Assembly: GCA_965658085.1 (NCBI GenBank)
Contig: CBFHQW010000001.1
Span: 1 to 50,423 of the forward strand
DNA: 50,423 bases
DNA from: Candidatus Thalassarchaeum sp.
GTDB lineage: Archaea > Thermoplasmatota > Poseidoniia > Poseidoniales > Thalassarchaeaceae
Reading direction: 5' to 3'
Shown here piece by piece: positions 27,801 to 35,080 of the stretch. Position numbers and translations under genes: made by a program. The first letter of the stretch is position 1, and each line of letters starts with the position of its first letter. The notes beneath the pieces are model-generated. The model was not told where the DNA came from. It did not search any database and saw only the letters and a program-made list of their open reading frames with translations.

Positions 27801-29739
27801 CCCCGATCCAGTCTCACGTCAAGACGTCGAGCAAATTGTTGATGTCATCAGAGCACTGGCTGCTGAGGTCGGAGGTGACGCAATGGTCCTAGCAGACAGG
27901 ATACGTGATCTCAGAGAGCGTAGCGCCGGCGCCCTTGAGGCCATCACCATCCCACCCAGTGATGCTGTCAAGGTGATGACGATTCACAGCGCCAAAGGGC
28001 TTGAGGCCAAGGTAGTGGTATTGGCCGATGTCTTCTCCAACAGGCAGACCAACATGAGGAACGAGAACCTCAGCCGTCTGATAGTGAGTCCCGAGCTCTT
28101 CGCAGGAAATCCCAAGCCGTGGTCTAGCGAACCCTCTCCTCACTCTGCGCTGTGGTCCCACGTTCAGGTGTTGCATCAGGCTCGTAAGGATGCTGAGGCT
28201 CGAAGGCTGCTGTATGTAGGTGCCACACGTGCGGAGGAGAGACTGATTGTGGTGGGCTCGAATAGAGGAACTGAGTGGGCCGAGGGAGAGGGTCTACGGA
28301 TGCCTTGGTCCTACGATACGAAGATACCTCAATTGGGTCAAATGTGGATTGAATCATTGCGCCAAGGCTCGTTGAGGCGAGCGGAAACTGCTTCACCGTG
28401 GCTAGATGAGGGTGACGACAATGACGCTCCAGCCATCAGAACCAGAGGTCAGCGCACCTTCGATCCCACCAGAATGTTCTCCAAAGCCTCTCTTGGCGGC
28501 AACTCAACTCTCCCGGGCATGCTTGTAATCCACCACCCAGACTGCTTCGAGGATACTGACAATTCGCCTGTGCTGACGCCGCTACAACGTATTGAGAGGC
28601 TGGATGATGCCGCCAACTCCTCGGTAGAGTCTGAGGACCCTGCTCCTCCTAGGCAGGACTCAGCACCTCGAATCAGAATCACTCCGAACAGACTCCCAGT
28701 GTTCCAAGAGTGTCAACGGCGACAGTGGTTCGAGACCAAGGGTGGCCTGAGTCCGGATCCGATAGTATCCAGTGGACAAGCGCATTTATCGAAAGGGATG
28801 CCAGCTAACGTTGATTCTGCGACTCTCGGTACCGTTTTCCACAGGATATTGGAGATAGGAATCGGCAATCCTGGTCTCGACGGCGAGCCGACGAGCTCCC
28901 CACTTCAAGCATCATGGACGGAACACAGAGAGAATCTTCTGTTAGATCCAGAGACTCATTCCACGGTGTTCACAGAACTTCTTCCCCCTGACGCTGACCT
29001 CCAGCGAACCCGCCTTCTGGTTGAGAGCATGGCAGAGCGCATTGACTCCGGACCCCTGGGCAGGATGGTGCAGCGTGAATCGGTGGACGACCACAGACTC
29101 GAAGGACTCAGAACAGAGATGCCGTTCCATATCTCCATTGATGTCGATACAGGGGGCTCAGTCAGGCAACGTTGGAGTCCCGATGGACCCGAGCTGTTGG
29201 CGAACATGGATAAGGCCACTATCGAGATGAACGGAATCATCGATCTCGTGCTGTGCACGACGACTCCAAACGGTGGTTCTGCTATCCGAGCTGTCGATCT
29301 AAAGACCGAGGATGCCGGATTAATCGACAATGATTCCTCTGAGGGACTCCTCGAAGCCCTCGGTTCGGATGACTCTGGACCCGCTTGTGAAGCCGAACTC
29401 GAGATACTGAACAAGCACCGCATGCAGCTGGCCCTGTACTATCGTGCGTTACAGAGCATGGAGGACGCGAGAAAAGCGGCCAATCTAGGGTTCAGGACTG
29501 TCTTGCCCCCTGCCATACTGGTTGGAGTGACTGGCAGGATGGTCGAGTACCCAAAGGAGATGCTCGATCTAGCATCACGGGAGTTAGAAGAACTGCTTGT
29601 TAGGACTGCTGGCATGGCTCTGGCTTCAGACGCCCCGCTGTCAGATTTCGACAGGCTCCCGGCAGAGTCCGCCCACATATGCGAGAACTGCCCATTCCAT
29701 CGCGGCGCGCTACCTATCTGTGGCCCTGCGGAGCATTAA
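24823..29739 (+). CDS. addA: AddA/RecB-like UvrD-family SF1 helicase fused to a C-terminal PD-(D/E)XK nuclease
   Basis: Motif I AGAGTGKTS (24886-24906). Ia LTFTNRAADEM. II IIDEAQD (26566-26580). III VGDVKQSIYAFRQA. IV VNYRTSG. V TIHSAKGLEAKVV. VI LYVGATRAEERL. Nuclease: GTVFHRILE, GIIDLV, AVDLKT (29296-29307), QLALYYRAL. The start ATG overlaps the addB stop (TGATG at 24821-24825), giving 1638 aa. Confidence 0.8.
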   Translation: MRLNTAQRLALNLDAHIVVDAGAGTGKTSTIVDRVIEHYLTEDQRATRLLPKPERPSKLQGGMIAAPAAERIDLREWGGLLPGEVVLLTFTNRAADEMRDRLRRSIARLRPGPIGDDGTWRSDPRIRHKGFSEQLLTLLEDAPIGTIDAFLNQLVSPYRGILGDALSRDNVSDAGRIMLVESALNTLWRLPSSVSHIGEAVDAGIPAEIASDVLAARDRIARHYSGRRSAARVLRSLVGSSVFIEEAARRIMDGDTITSELLHQQIMASVDANEVAKHATEVHSIAQRFCDLVRENSASMALTGWPADSRMACLDSLCSEGPPEDAWGQLTWLSHTLVCTLNSSALMKNNPAFFPHSHLPSDSWEAGIEKYSRIPDARSKARVKDEISDIVIDLKAAWSSDRGRLMLHFTRVAMLLSDSTPPASPADWTPPLSPLQIPLPERIDGPASSHYFSLDAEVRNLQDLYLAHRGFQGIIRKLKERDEVHDFDDIQRLAGDLLLANCPSTCRSFYHSSMQDALDSLTDSPWRDDHIDAAFAALERLEANPSMAGEAASSLGAIRADLEGRYSLLMTIRRRYRAFIIDEAQDNSPLQWRLLSRLWGERRVDEGEPNAPDTPWQPTVCYVGDVKQSIYAFRQAEVTGFLEFARQLMAVNDHELAGVPELTRKPALRKDSHSRDPRNAHSLTIVTATEYMEQGGRDLVAWIPFDATDRDLPAPSGAEVKNRRRGLIALQVNYRTSGGLLRAMNEWWEDVFSDRHRLFPNGDFYATPQTLFACPDKRDTPGAIEWICPLSTGGDSNPPTDLTTHLDPFGEGKPDSLERQALLIARRVGSLIDGSPVSVRSADGKWHQVDAEDPVSPSEIMILLPTRPNIRDVVIRHLHDHGIPAQADREGGLLDRPAAHALEGLLQFVARPRSRHHASWVARSVLIGLDDSQLQDYIGGAQRGEDLLSRLVEHCSSDSQRALVERWQQLSESGRLIDLLDETIDRSDLLTAHPDPVSRQDVEQIVDVIRALAAEVGGDAMVLADRIRDLRERSAGALEAITIPPSDAVKVMTIHSAKGLEAKVVVLADVFSNRQTNMRNENLSRLIVSPELFAGNPKPWSSEPSPHSALWSHVQVLHQARKDAEARRLLYVGATRAEERLIVVGSNRGTEWAEGEGLRMPWSYDTKIPQLGQMWIESLRQGSLRRAETASPWLDEGDDNDAPAIRTRGQRTFDPTRMFSKASLGGNSTLPGMLVIHHPDCFEDTDNSPVLTPLQRIERLDDAANSSVESEDPAPPRQDSAPRIRITPNRLPVFQECQRRQWFETKGGLSPDPIVSSGQAHLSKGMPANVDSATLGTVFHRILEIGIGNPGLDGEPTSSPLQASWTEHRENLLLDPETHSTVFTELLPPDADLQRTRLLVESMAERIDSGPLGRMVQRESVDDHRLEGLRTEMPFHISIDVDTGGSVRQRWSPDGPELLANMDKATIEMNGIIDLVLCTTTPNGGSAIRAVDLKTEDAGLIDNDSSEGLLEALGSDDSGPACEAELEILNKHRMQLALYYRALQSMEDARKAANLGFRTVLPPAILVGVTGRMVEYPKEMLDLASRELEELLVRTAGMALASDAPLSDFDRLPAESAHICENCPFHRGALPICGPAEH

Positions 29740-29782
29740 TGCTCAGCGAAGACTCCATGTGCTGAAGACCTCACACAAGCCC

Positions 29783-31195
29783 ATGGAACCTGATCTTGAT
29801 GCCCTCGCCCAACGTAGTGACGAGTTGTGGGAGGAATCGATACTCCCCAGCCTGATGGATTTCGTGGCCATCCCCGCTCTTTCCCCTGGATTCGATCCCA
29901 ATTGGGCCGAGACTGGGGATCTGGACGCCACCGTGGAACTGTTCTGCGACTGGCTCGACACACAGTCCATCGACGGTATGTCGTACGAGGTCCACCGTAT
30001 TGGGGAGCGCAGCCCAGTTCTGTTAGTGACAATCGAGGGCACGGGTCCCGGTGAGGTCCTGTTTTACTCTCATCTCGACAAGCAGCCGGCCCGCCCGGAG
30101 TTGTGGTCAGAGGGTCTGCACCCATGGAAGGCGGTCCGACGTGAGCCTTGGCTGTTCGGCCGTGGGGCCCTCGACGATGGGTACGGTGGCTACCTGTGTG
30201 TGACCTCGGTCAGGATGCTACAGGAGCAGGGCGTTGCATACCCTACCTGCCGATTTATCATCGAAACCTGTGAAGAATCTGGCTCGTACGATCTCCCTGA
30301 GTACCTTGACGCCCTAACCGACGACCTAGGTAGCCCCAATCTCATTGTCGTGCTCGACACTGGAGGCGGTGATTACGAGCACATCTGGGTGACTGATGCT
30401 CTGCGTGGACTACTGGCCGGAACCCTCTCTGTACAGGTTTCCCACGAAGGTATACACTCAGGTCACGGAGGAGGCGTAATACCCTCATCCTTCAGGATAG
30501 CAAGGATGCTACTCAACAGGGTCGAGGACTCGGATACCGGTGAGGTGCTAATCCCTGGGATGCACGTGCCAATCACCGAGGAGGTCAGAGCACAGTCTGA
30601 TTCACTAATCGAACTTCTAGGCGACACGGTATGGGACGATCTCCCGGTGGTCGACGGCATGCGACCCCAGACACCGGGTGCGGCAGAGATGCTCCTGAAC
30701 ATGAACTGGAGGCCGTGCATGTCGGTAATCGGGGCCGATGGGATGCCCCCAATACAGACGGCTGGAAATGTCCTCAGGACCAACACCGATCTCAAACTCA
30801 GTTTCAGAATCCCTCCCGGGGTTGACTCAGAGGCCGCCATCTCTGAGGTCAAGAGGATCCTCGAGGAGGACCCGCCATACGGTGCAAAGGTCACATTCAC
30901 ACCAGATGCAGTCTCTGACGGCTTCCGCGCCCCCCCTCTCTCCTCAAGTGCCAGTCAAGCCCTCTCCAAGGCCGCGAACAGCATTAGTGGGCTTCCACCA
31001 ATGACAATCTGGCTAGGCGGAACAATTCCATTCCTAGCGATGATTCAGGGCAAGTACCCCGACGCCCAGTTTCTGTGCACCGGCACAGGGGGGCCAGGCA
31101 ACAACGCTCACGGGCCAGATGAGAAACTGCACATCCCAGCTTCAAAGAGGCTCACTGCGGTACTGTCTGCAACTGTAGCCGCAGTTTCTAGATGA
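29783..31195 (+). CDS. M20-family metallodipeptidase (CNDP/DUG1-like)
   Basis: FYSHLDKQP, LFGRGALDDGYG, FIIETCEESGS and GGTIPF motifs. I chose ATG 29783 (MEPDLDAL). The ORF-track start at 29597 overlaps addA. Confidence 0.75.
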   Translation: MEPDLDALAQRSDELWEESILPSLMDFVAIPALSPGFDPNWAETGDLDATVELFCDWLDTQSIDGMSYEVHRIGERSPVLLVTIEGTGPGEVLFYSHLDKQPARPELWSEGLHPWKAVRREPWLFGRGALDDGYGGYLCVTSVRMLQEQGVAYPTCRFIIETCEESGSYDLPEYLDALTDDLGSPNLIVVLDTGGGDYEHIWVTDALRGLLAGTLSVQVSHEGIHSGHGGGVIPSSFRIARMLLNRVEDSDTGEVLIPGMHVPITEEVRAQSDSLIELLGDTVWDDLPVVDGMRPQTPGAAEMLLNMNWRPCMSVIGADGMPPIQTAGNVLRTNTDLKLSFRIPPGVDSEAAISEVKRILEEDPPYGAKVTFTPDAVSDGFRAPPLSSSASQALSKAANSISGLPPMTIWLGGTIPFLAMIQGKYPDAQFLCTGTGGPGNNAHGPDEKLHIPASKRLTAVLSATVAAVSR

Positions 31196-31276
31196 GCCGG
31201 ATAACCCCGTGATGGGATGAGATTGATTCCGCCGAGGTTAAAGCGGATGCACCGGTCGAGCACCCTGAGGACTCGT

Positions 31277-31918
31277 ATGAGCGAGGAAGAGGGAATCATC
31301 ACTCCTGAGTTACAGACGCGACAGCTCGAGGAGAGGCTGGCCGAGGAGACCGACCGCCTCGAGAAGCTTTACGTGGCTTACAAGAAGGTCGAAGACGAGT
31401 TGGCAGAGAAGAACGCCATCATCGAGGTCCTCGAGAAGGAAGCCATCGACAAGGAGATCGACAAGGAGGGACTAGAATCACTCCTATCCGAGAAGGAAGC
31501 GAGAATCCACGAAATCGAGATAGAGGGGGCCAAGACCGGCAAAAGGGTCGAGCATCTTGAGCCAGAACTCGAGAAGATGGAGGAGCTGTACACTCGCGAG
31601 AAGGCTCGCCTTGGACGTGTCTTCGAGGTCACCGAGGAACTCGACGAGCGCAATCGGGTAGCTACTGCAGAACTCTCCGCGCGCGATGACTGGTATGTCC
31701 AGCACATGCAACTCTTCGAGCAACTCAACGAGGCCATCGACACCCGCTACACAATGATAGACAGGGCAGTTGAAGCGGCAAGGGACGTGCTAGCCAGTCA
31801 AGAGACCTTCAAGGAGCGCATGGAGGAAGCCCTCGATGCAGTCAAGGAGACCGTCGATGACATAGTTGATGGCGATGACGAAGAGGACACCGACGAGCCC
31901 GAAGCGGACGAGTCCTGA
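31277..31918 (+). CDS. Acidic coiled-coil protein, function unknown
   Basis: Heptad-like E/K/L-rich sequence throughout, with an acidic tail DGDDEEDTDEPEADES. Start is either 31277 (MSEEEG) or 31217. Confidence 0.5.
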   Translation: MSEEEGIITPELQTRQLEERLAEETDRLEKLYVAYKKVEDELAEKNAIIEVLEKEAIDKEIDKEGLESLLSEKEARIHEIEIEGAKTGKRVEHLEPELEKMEELYTREKARLGRVFEVTEELDERNRVATAELSARDDWYVQHMQLFEQLNEAIDTRYTMIDRAVEAARDVLASQETFKERMEEALDAVKETVDDIVDGDDEEDTDEPEADES

Positions 31919-32761
31919 TTACTTCGGCTGGTGCATGTAGCAGTACTCGCTGGCTCGAAATGTTACCCTTCGACACTTCTTCCCATTCTTCTCCCCGATG
32001 TGCATGCAGTTAGTGTTCGCTCCTTTCGCAATCAACTCCGTTATTCCGGCCTTTTTCTTCTCTGCACTCTCTACCTTCCTCCGGGCTATCTCCTCCTCTC
32101 CATCTTCGACCGAAGTGCTTTGTTTGACAGTATTCATTTCCTTTGCATCGAACCAGAATGTGCCACAATCTTGACACCCATCGATTACCATTAGGTTTCC
32201 TTTTTTCGATTTGGAGGATTCAGCGGCTGCTGCTACCACCGCGATCACGGCAATACCCAGCAGGAGTCCAGCACCACCACCTCCGAGGCCGCCGATGTTT
32301 CCACCACCTCCCTCAGGGAGTTTGTAGGCCACTCTAATTTGTAGCATCAGAGCCTCACACCTAGGGCAATTCAGCGAGCATTCTTTGCCGTTCTCAAGGA
32401 GATCTTTGAGGGTCTCAGCGTGGTACGAAAGCTTAGTCTCCATCGACTTGGCATCGAGCATTGTACCTCTGCACTTATTGCAATAGTAGTGCCCATTATT
32501 GTATTCTGATCGGTAGGTGAGTTGGCCGCAGCCCCGAGGGCACTGGAGCTTCTCGATGTCCCCAAGCTGGGTCCTGTGTCCCTTGCAGAAGAGCGCCCCA
32601 GTCATTGCCTCTCTGAAGCAGGGCTTACCATTCCCCATCTTACCCATGCAGATCTTCACGGATGGGTCCTGAGCCCTGTGTTTCTTGCAGTAATCGGATT
32701 GGTACATCGATGGGCGCCCACAAACCGAACCATCCTCGTTGGAACCCTTGCACTTGGTCAT
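31919..32761 (-). CDS. Cysteine-rich multi-zinc-finger protein with a central Gly-rich/hydrophobic segment
   Basis: 18 Cys in 280 aa. Three C-x9/10-C-x10-C-x2-H modules (aa 4-28, 38-62, 252-277). A C-x3-C...C-x2-C ribbon (aa 74-97). A CPRC...CQDCGTFWFD ribbon interrupted by GGGGNIGGLGGGGAGLLLGIAVIAVVAAAA. Confidence 0.6.
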   Translation of the reverse strand: MTKCKGSNEDGSVCGRPSMYQSDYCKKHRAQDPSVKICMGKMGNGKPCFREAMTGALFCKGHRTQLGDIEKLQCPRGCGQLTYRSEYNNGHYYCNKCRGTMLDAKSMETKLSYHAETLKDLLENGKECSLNCPRCEALMLQIRVAYKLPEGGGGNIGGLGGGGAGLLLGIAVIAVVAAAAESSKSKKGNLMVIDGCQDCGTFWFDAKEMNTVKQSTSVEDGEEEIARRKVESAEKKKAGITELIAKGANTNCMHIGEKNGKKCRRVTFRASEYCYMHQPK

Positions 32762-33484
32762 TCAATCACTCGGTTTGTTTCCATCAGCCAGCCTAATGCA
32801 TTTAGCAGGTACCCCGCCCCAGACCTCTCCAGGAGGGATTTTGGTCCATTTCGGTACGACTGCTCTCGATGCTACGACAGCTCCCTCACCAATCACGCAC
32901 CCGGGCTGGACGATGCTTCCCGTACCCAGCAATGCCCCATCGCCAACCTTGACCGGAGACAGTACCAGCTCACCCTTCTCAGTGAGGTGCGCGTTGATAG
33001 TGGCATGACCGCCCATCACCACACCTTCACCAAGCGTCACCATACCAGCATCGTTGATGTTGTCCGTGTTCAACTGGGCGCCTTTACCAATCTTGGCTCC
33101 CATCAGCCGGTAGTACATGTTGCCGAGGAACGAAGGCACTAGCACCCACAGGAAGAGCAGGGCAGAGCGATGGAATATCATTGACCACGCCCATTGAATT
33201 GTTGTGAATGACTCTAGGGGCACCCTGCCCTCATCGAGTCTAGGTCGTAGCAGCCCACCCAGAAACCCACAGAGCAGGACCATGCAAATACCCCAGAAAA
33301 GATAGCCTAGGCCGATTCCAATCCCCGTCCCTACTGCTTCTATTAGCAGACCCTCGCCGACCACACGGTCTCTGATCCACATTACGATGAGATAGCCGGG
33401 AGCAGCCGAAATTCCCCAGATTACTGCAATGAACAGCATCACCAGCACAGACAGAACGTTCTGTATCAGGTGGAAGCCCCGCAT
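32762..33484 (-). CDS. Membrane-anchored hexapeptide-repeat (left-handed beta-helix) protein, putative acyltransferase
   Basis: About 4 N-terminal TM helices, then GAKIGKGAQLNT...VTLGEGVVMGGHATI...VKVGDGALLGTGSIVQPGCVIGEGAVVASRAVV. Its stop abuts the start of the downstream Cys-rich gene (32762/32761). Confidence 0.7.
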   Translation of the reverse strand: MRGFHLIQNVLSVLVMLFIAVIWGISAAPGYLIVMWIRDRVVGEGLLIEAVGTGIGIGLGYLFWGICMVLLCGFLGGLLRPRLDEGRVPLESFTTIQWAWSMIFHRSALLFLWVLVPSFLGNMYYRLMGAKIGKGAQLNTDNINDAGMVTLGEGVVMGGHATINAHLTEKGELVLSPVKVGDGALLGTGSIVQPGCVIGEGAVVASRAVVPKWTKIPPGEVWGGVPAKCIRLADGNKPSD

Positions 33485-33573
33485 GTCACCACTTCTCGCA
33501 ACCCTGTCACCTAACTACGACCCTAAAGCATCGTCTACGGCATCCTCAAGTCGTCGTCGCCAACGGCAAGTCC

Positions 33574-34707
33574 ATGGCACAGGCATCAGGGATGCTGGGC
33601 GACGGCTCAAAGGCCGTCAAGGTCCACCATTTGGTCAAGGCCCCTGAGAACACCCCTGGTTCGGTGAGGAAACGGGAGTCGTGGGACGCCAGCGAGCCGG
33701 CAACGGTGTACAAGACTCCTGAGATTCTACCTGACGGTACTCACTGCACTGCTGCCACGGTGATTTTCAGGACTCGCGGGTGTGTCTGGTGGTGGAAGTC
33801 TGGTTGTACCTTTTGCGGCTACTTCAACGATGTCCGCGACGACGTGACAGCCGACGATCTGTTTGCGCAGTGGGATGAGGCCAAGCGCAGGCTCAACGAC
33901 TTCGAAGGTTGTAGCATGATCAAGGTGTATACCTCTGGGACTTTCTTCGAGGACCGCGAGAATCCCCCAGAGTGGCAGGAGGCTATTCTGAAGGAGACCT
34001 ACGAAAGGGGACTGGACCTAGTCATCGAGGCTCAGGCACAGATGTGCACGCCTGAGAAAATTGCTTGGGTTGCCGAACGCCATCCTGGCTGTACTGTGGC
34101 TATCGGATTGGAGGCCTACGACGATGCAGTCCTTCGGTTTCACGTAAACAAGGGCTTCTCGACCAAGCAATGGCATCGCTCCATTGACATGCTCAAGGAG
34201 AACGGCCTGAGGGTCAAGACCTACCTCCTGTTCAAGCCCCCGTTCATGTCGGAGGGTGATGCACTCGAGCTCACCAGTAAGTGGATTAGCGAGGTCGCAC
34301 CGTACTCAGACGACATCTCGGTCAACCCGATGAACATTCAGCGACGAACTATCGTCGACCGACTCTACCGCAACCGCGAGTACCGCACACCTTGGCTATG
34401 GTCTCTAGTGGAGATGCTCGAGAGAACCCATGCCGACATCACCGAGTTGAAGGCACGTATCATCGTCCATCCGACTGCGGGTGGCAAACTCAGGGGTGCT
34501 CACAACTGCGGCTCTTGCGATACTGAGGTGGTCGCTGCGATAGAACGCTACTCGGTCTCTGCCGACATCCGCGAGTTCGCAGGTCTGGACTGCGAGTGCA
34601 AAGGAGTCTGGAGGGCTGAAGTCGACAGCGACCTCTGGCTACCTGCTCCAATGGGAACTGGTGGTAACAGACGTGGCTCATCTGTGGACCTTGCTCGCGC
34701 ACCTTAA
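33574..34707 (+). CDS. Elp3-like radical SAM protein (TIGR01210 / RaSEA-like, archaeosine-related)
   Basis: FRTRGCVWWWKSGCTFCGY (C-x7-C-x2-C) followed by a TIM-barrel-like pattern (IKVYTSGTFFED; AIGLEAYDD). The family assignment is from memory of the motif. Confidence 0.5.
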   Translation: MAQASGMLGDGSKAVKVHHLVKAPENTPGSVRKRESWDASEPATVYKTPEILPDGTHCTAATVIFRTRGCVWWWKSGCTFCGYFNDVRDDVTADDLFAQWDEAKRRLNDFEGCSMIKVYTSGTFFEDRENPPEWQEAILKETYERGLDLVIEAQAQMCTPEKIAWVAERHPGCTVAIGLEAYDDAVLRFHVNKGFSTKQWHRSIDMLKENGLRVKTYLLFKPPFMSEGDALELTSKWISEVAPYSDDISVNPMNIQRRTIVDRLYRNREYRTPWLWSLVEMLERTHADITELKARIIVHPTAGGKLRGAHNCGSCDTEVVAAIERYSVSADIREFAGLDCECKGVWRAEVDSDLWLPAPMGTGGNRRGSSVDLARAP

Positions 34708-34792
34708 CGAGGGACATAGTCCCTCGCCCAATGCTTAAGGGGCAATCTTCAGTGGTAGATGCGTCCCTATTGGTTGGGACAGAGGGACTGAG

Positions 34793-35071
34793 ATGTCTGA
34801 GAGTGGCTCCGGTACAGTCGGCGAGTTCATCCAAGGGGAGGAGGAACCGTCGTCATCATGGGTCGTCCTCGCATTCGGTCTGGTCACCTCACTGGCTTTG
34901 CTCATACTCCATGGTATTCTCTATCCCGGCAGGGACCTACCGGTGATTTCCGAGATTCTGCCGGTGTTTGACGGAGTTTTCGACTCCGGTATCTGGTTCT
35001 TCATCCTGGGAGTCATGGGGGGCGTATTCGCAATCATAGCCACCATGCTGACGGAAGCGACTAGCGAGTGA
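34793..35071 (+). CDS. Small two-helix membrane protein
   Basis: 92 aa with two hydrophobic helices. Lies 10 nt upstream of the large membrane-protein gene. Confidence 0.4.
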   Translation: MSESGSGTVGEFIQGEEEPSSSWVVLAFGLVTSLALLILHGILYPGRDLPVISEILPVFDGVFDSGIWFFILGVMGGVFAIIATMLTEATSE

Positions 35072-35080
35072 GGTGTTCAA

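Noticed and set aside
29597-29782. 5' extension of the M20 peptidase ORF
   Set aside because: It overlaps the 3' end of addA. Peptidase homology begins after ATG 29783.
32522-33142. 206-aa + strand ORF, and the nested ORF at 32739-33008
   Set aside because: Both are antisense to the Cys-rich and hexapeptide-repeat genes, whose repeat and motif structure supports the minus-strand reading.
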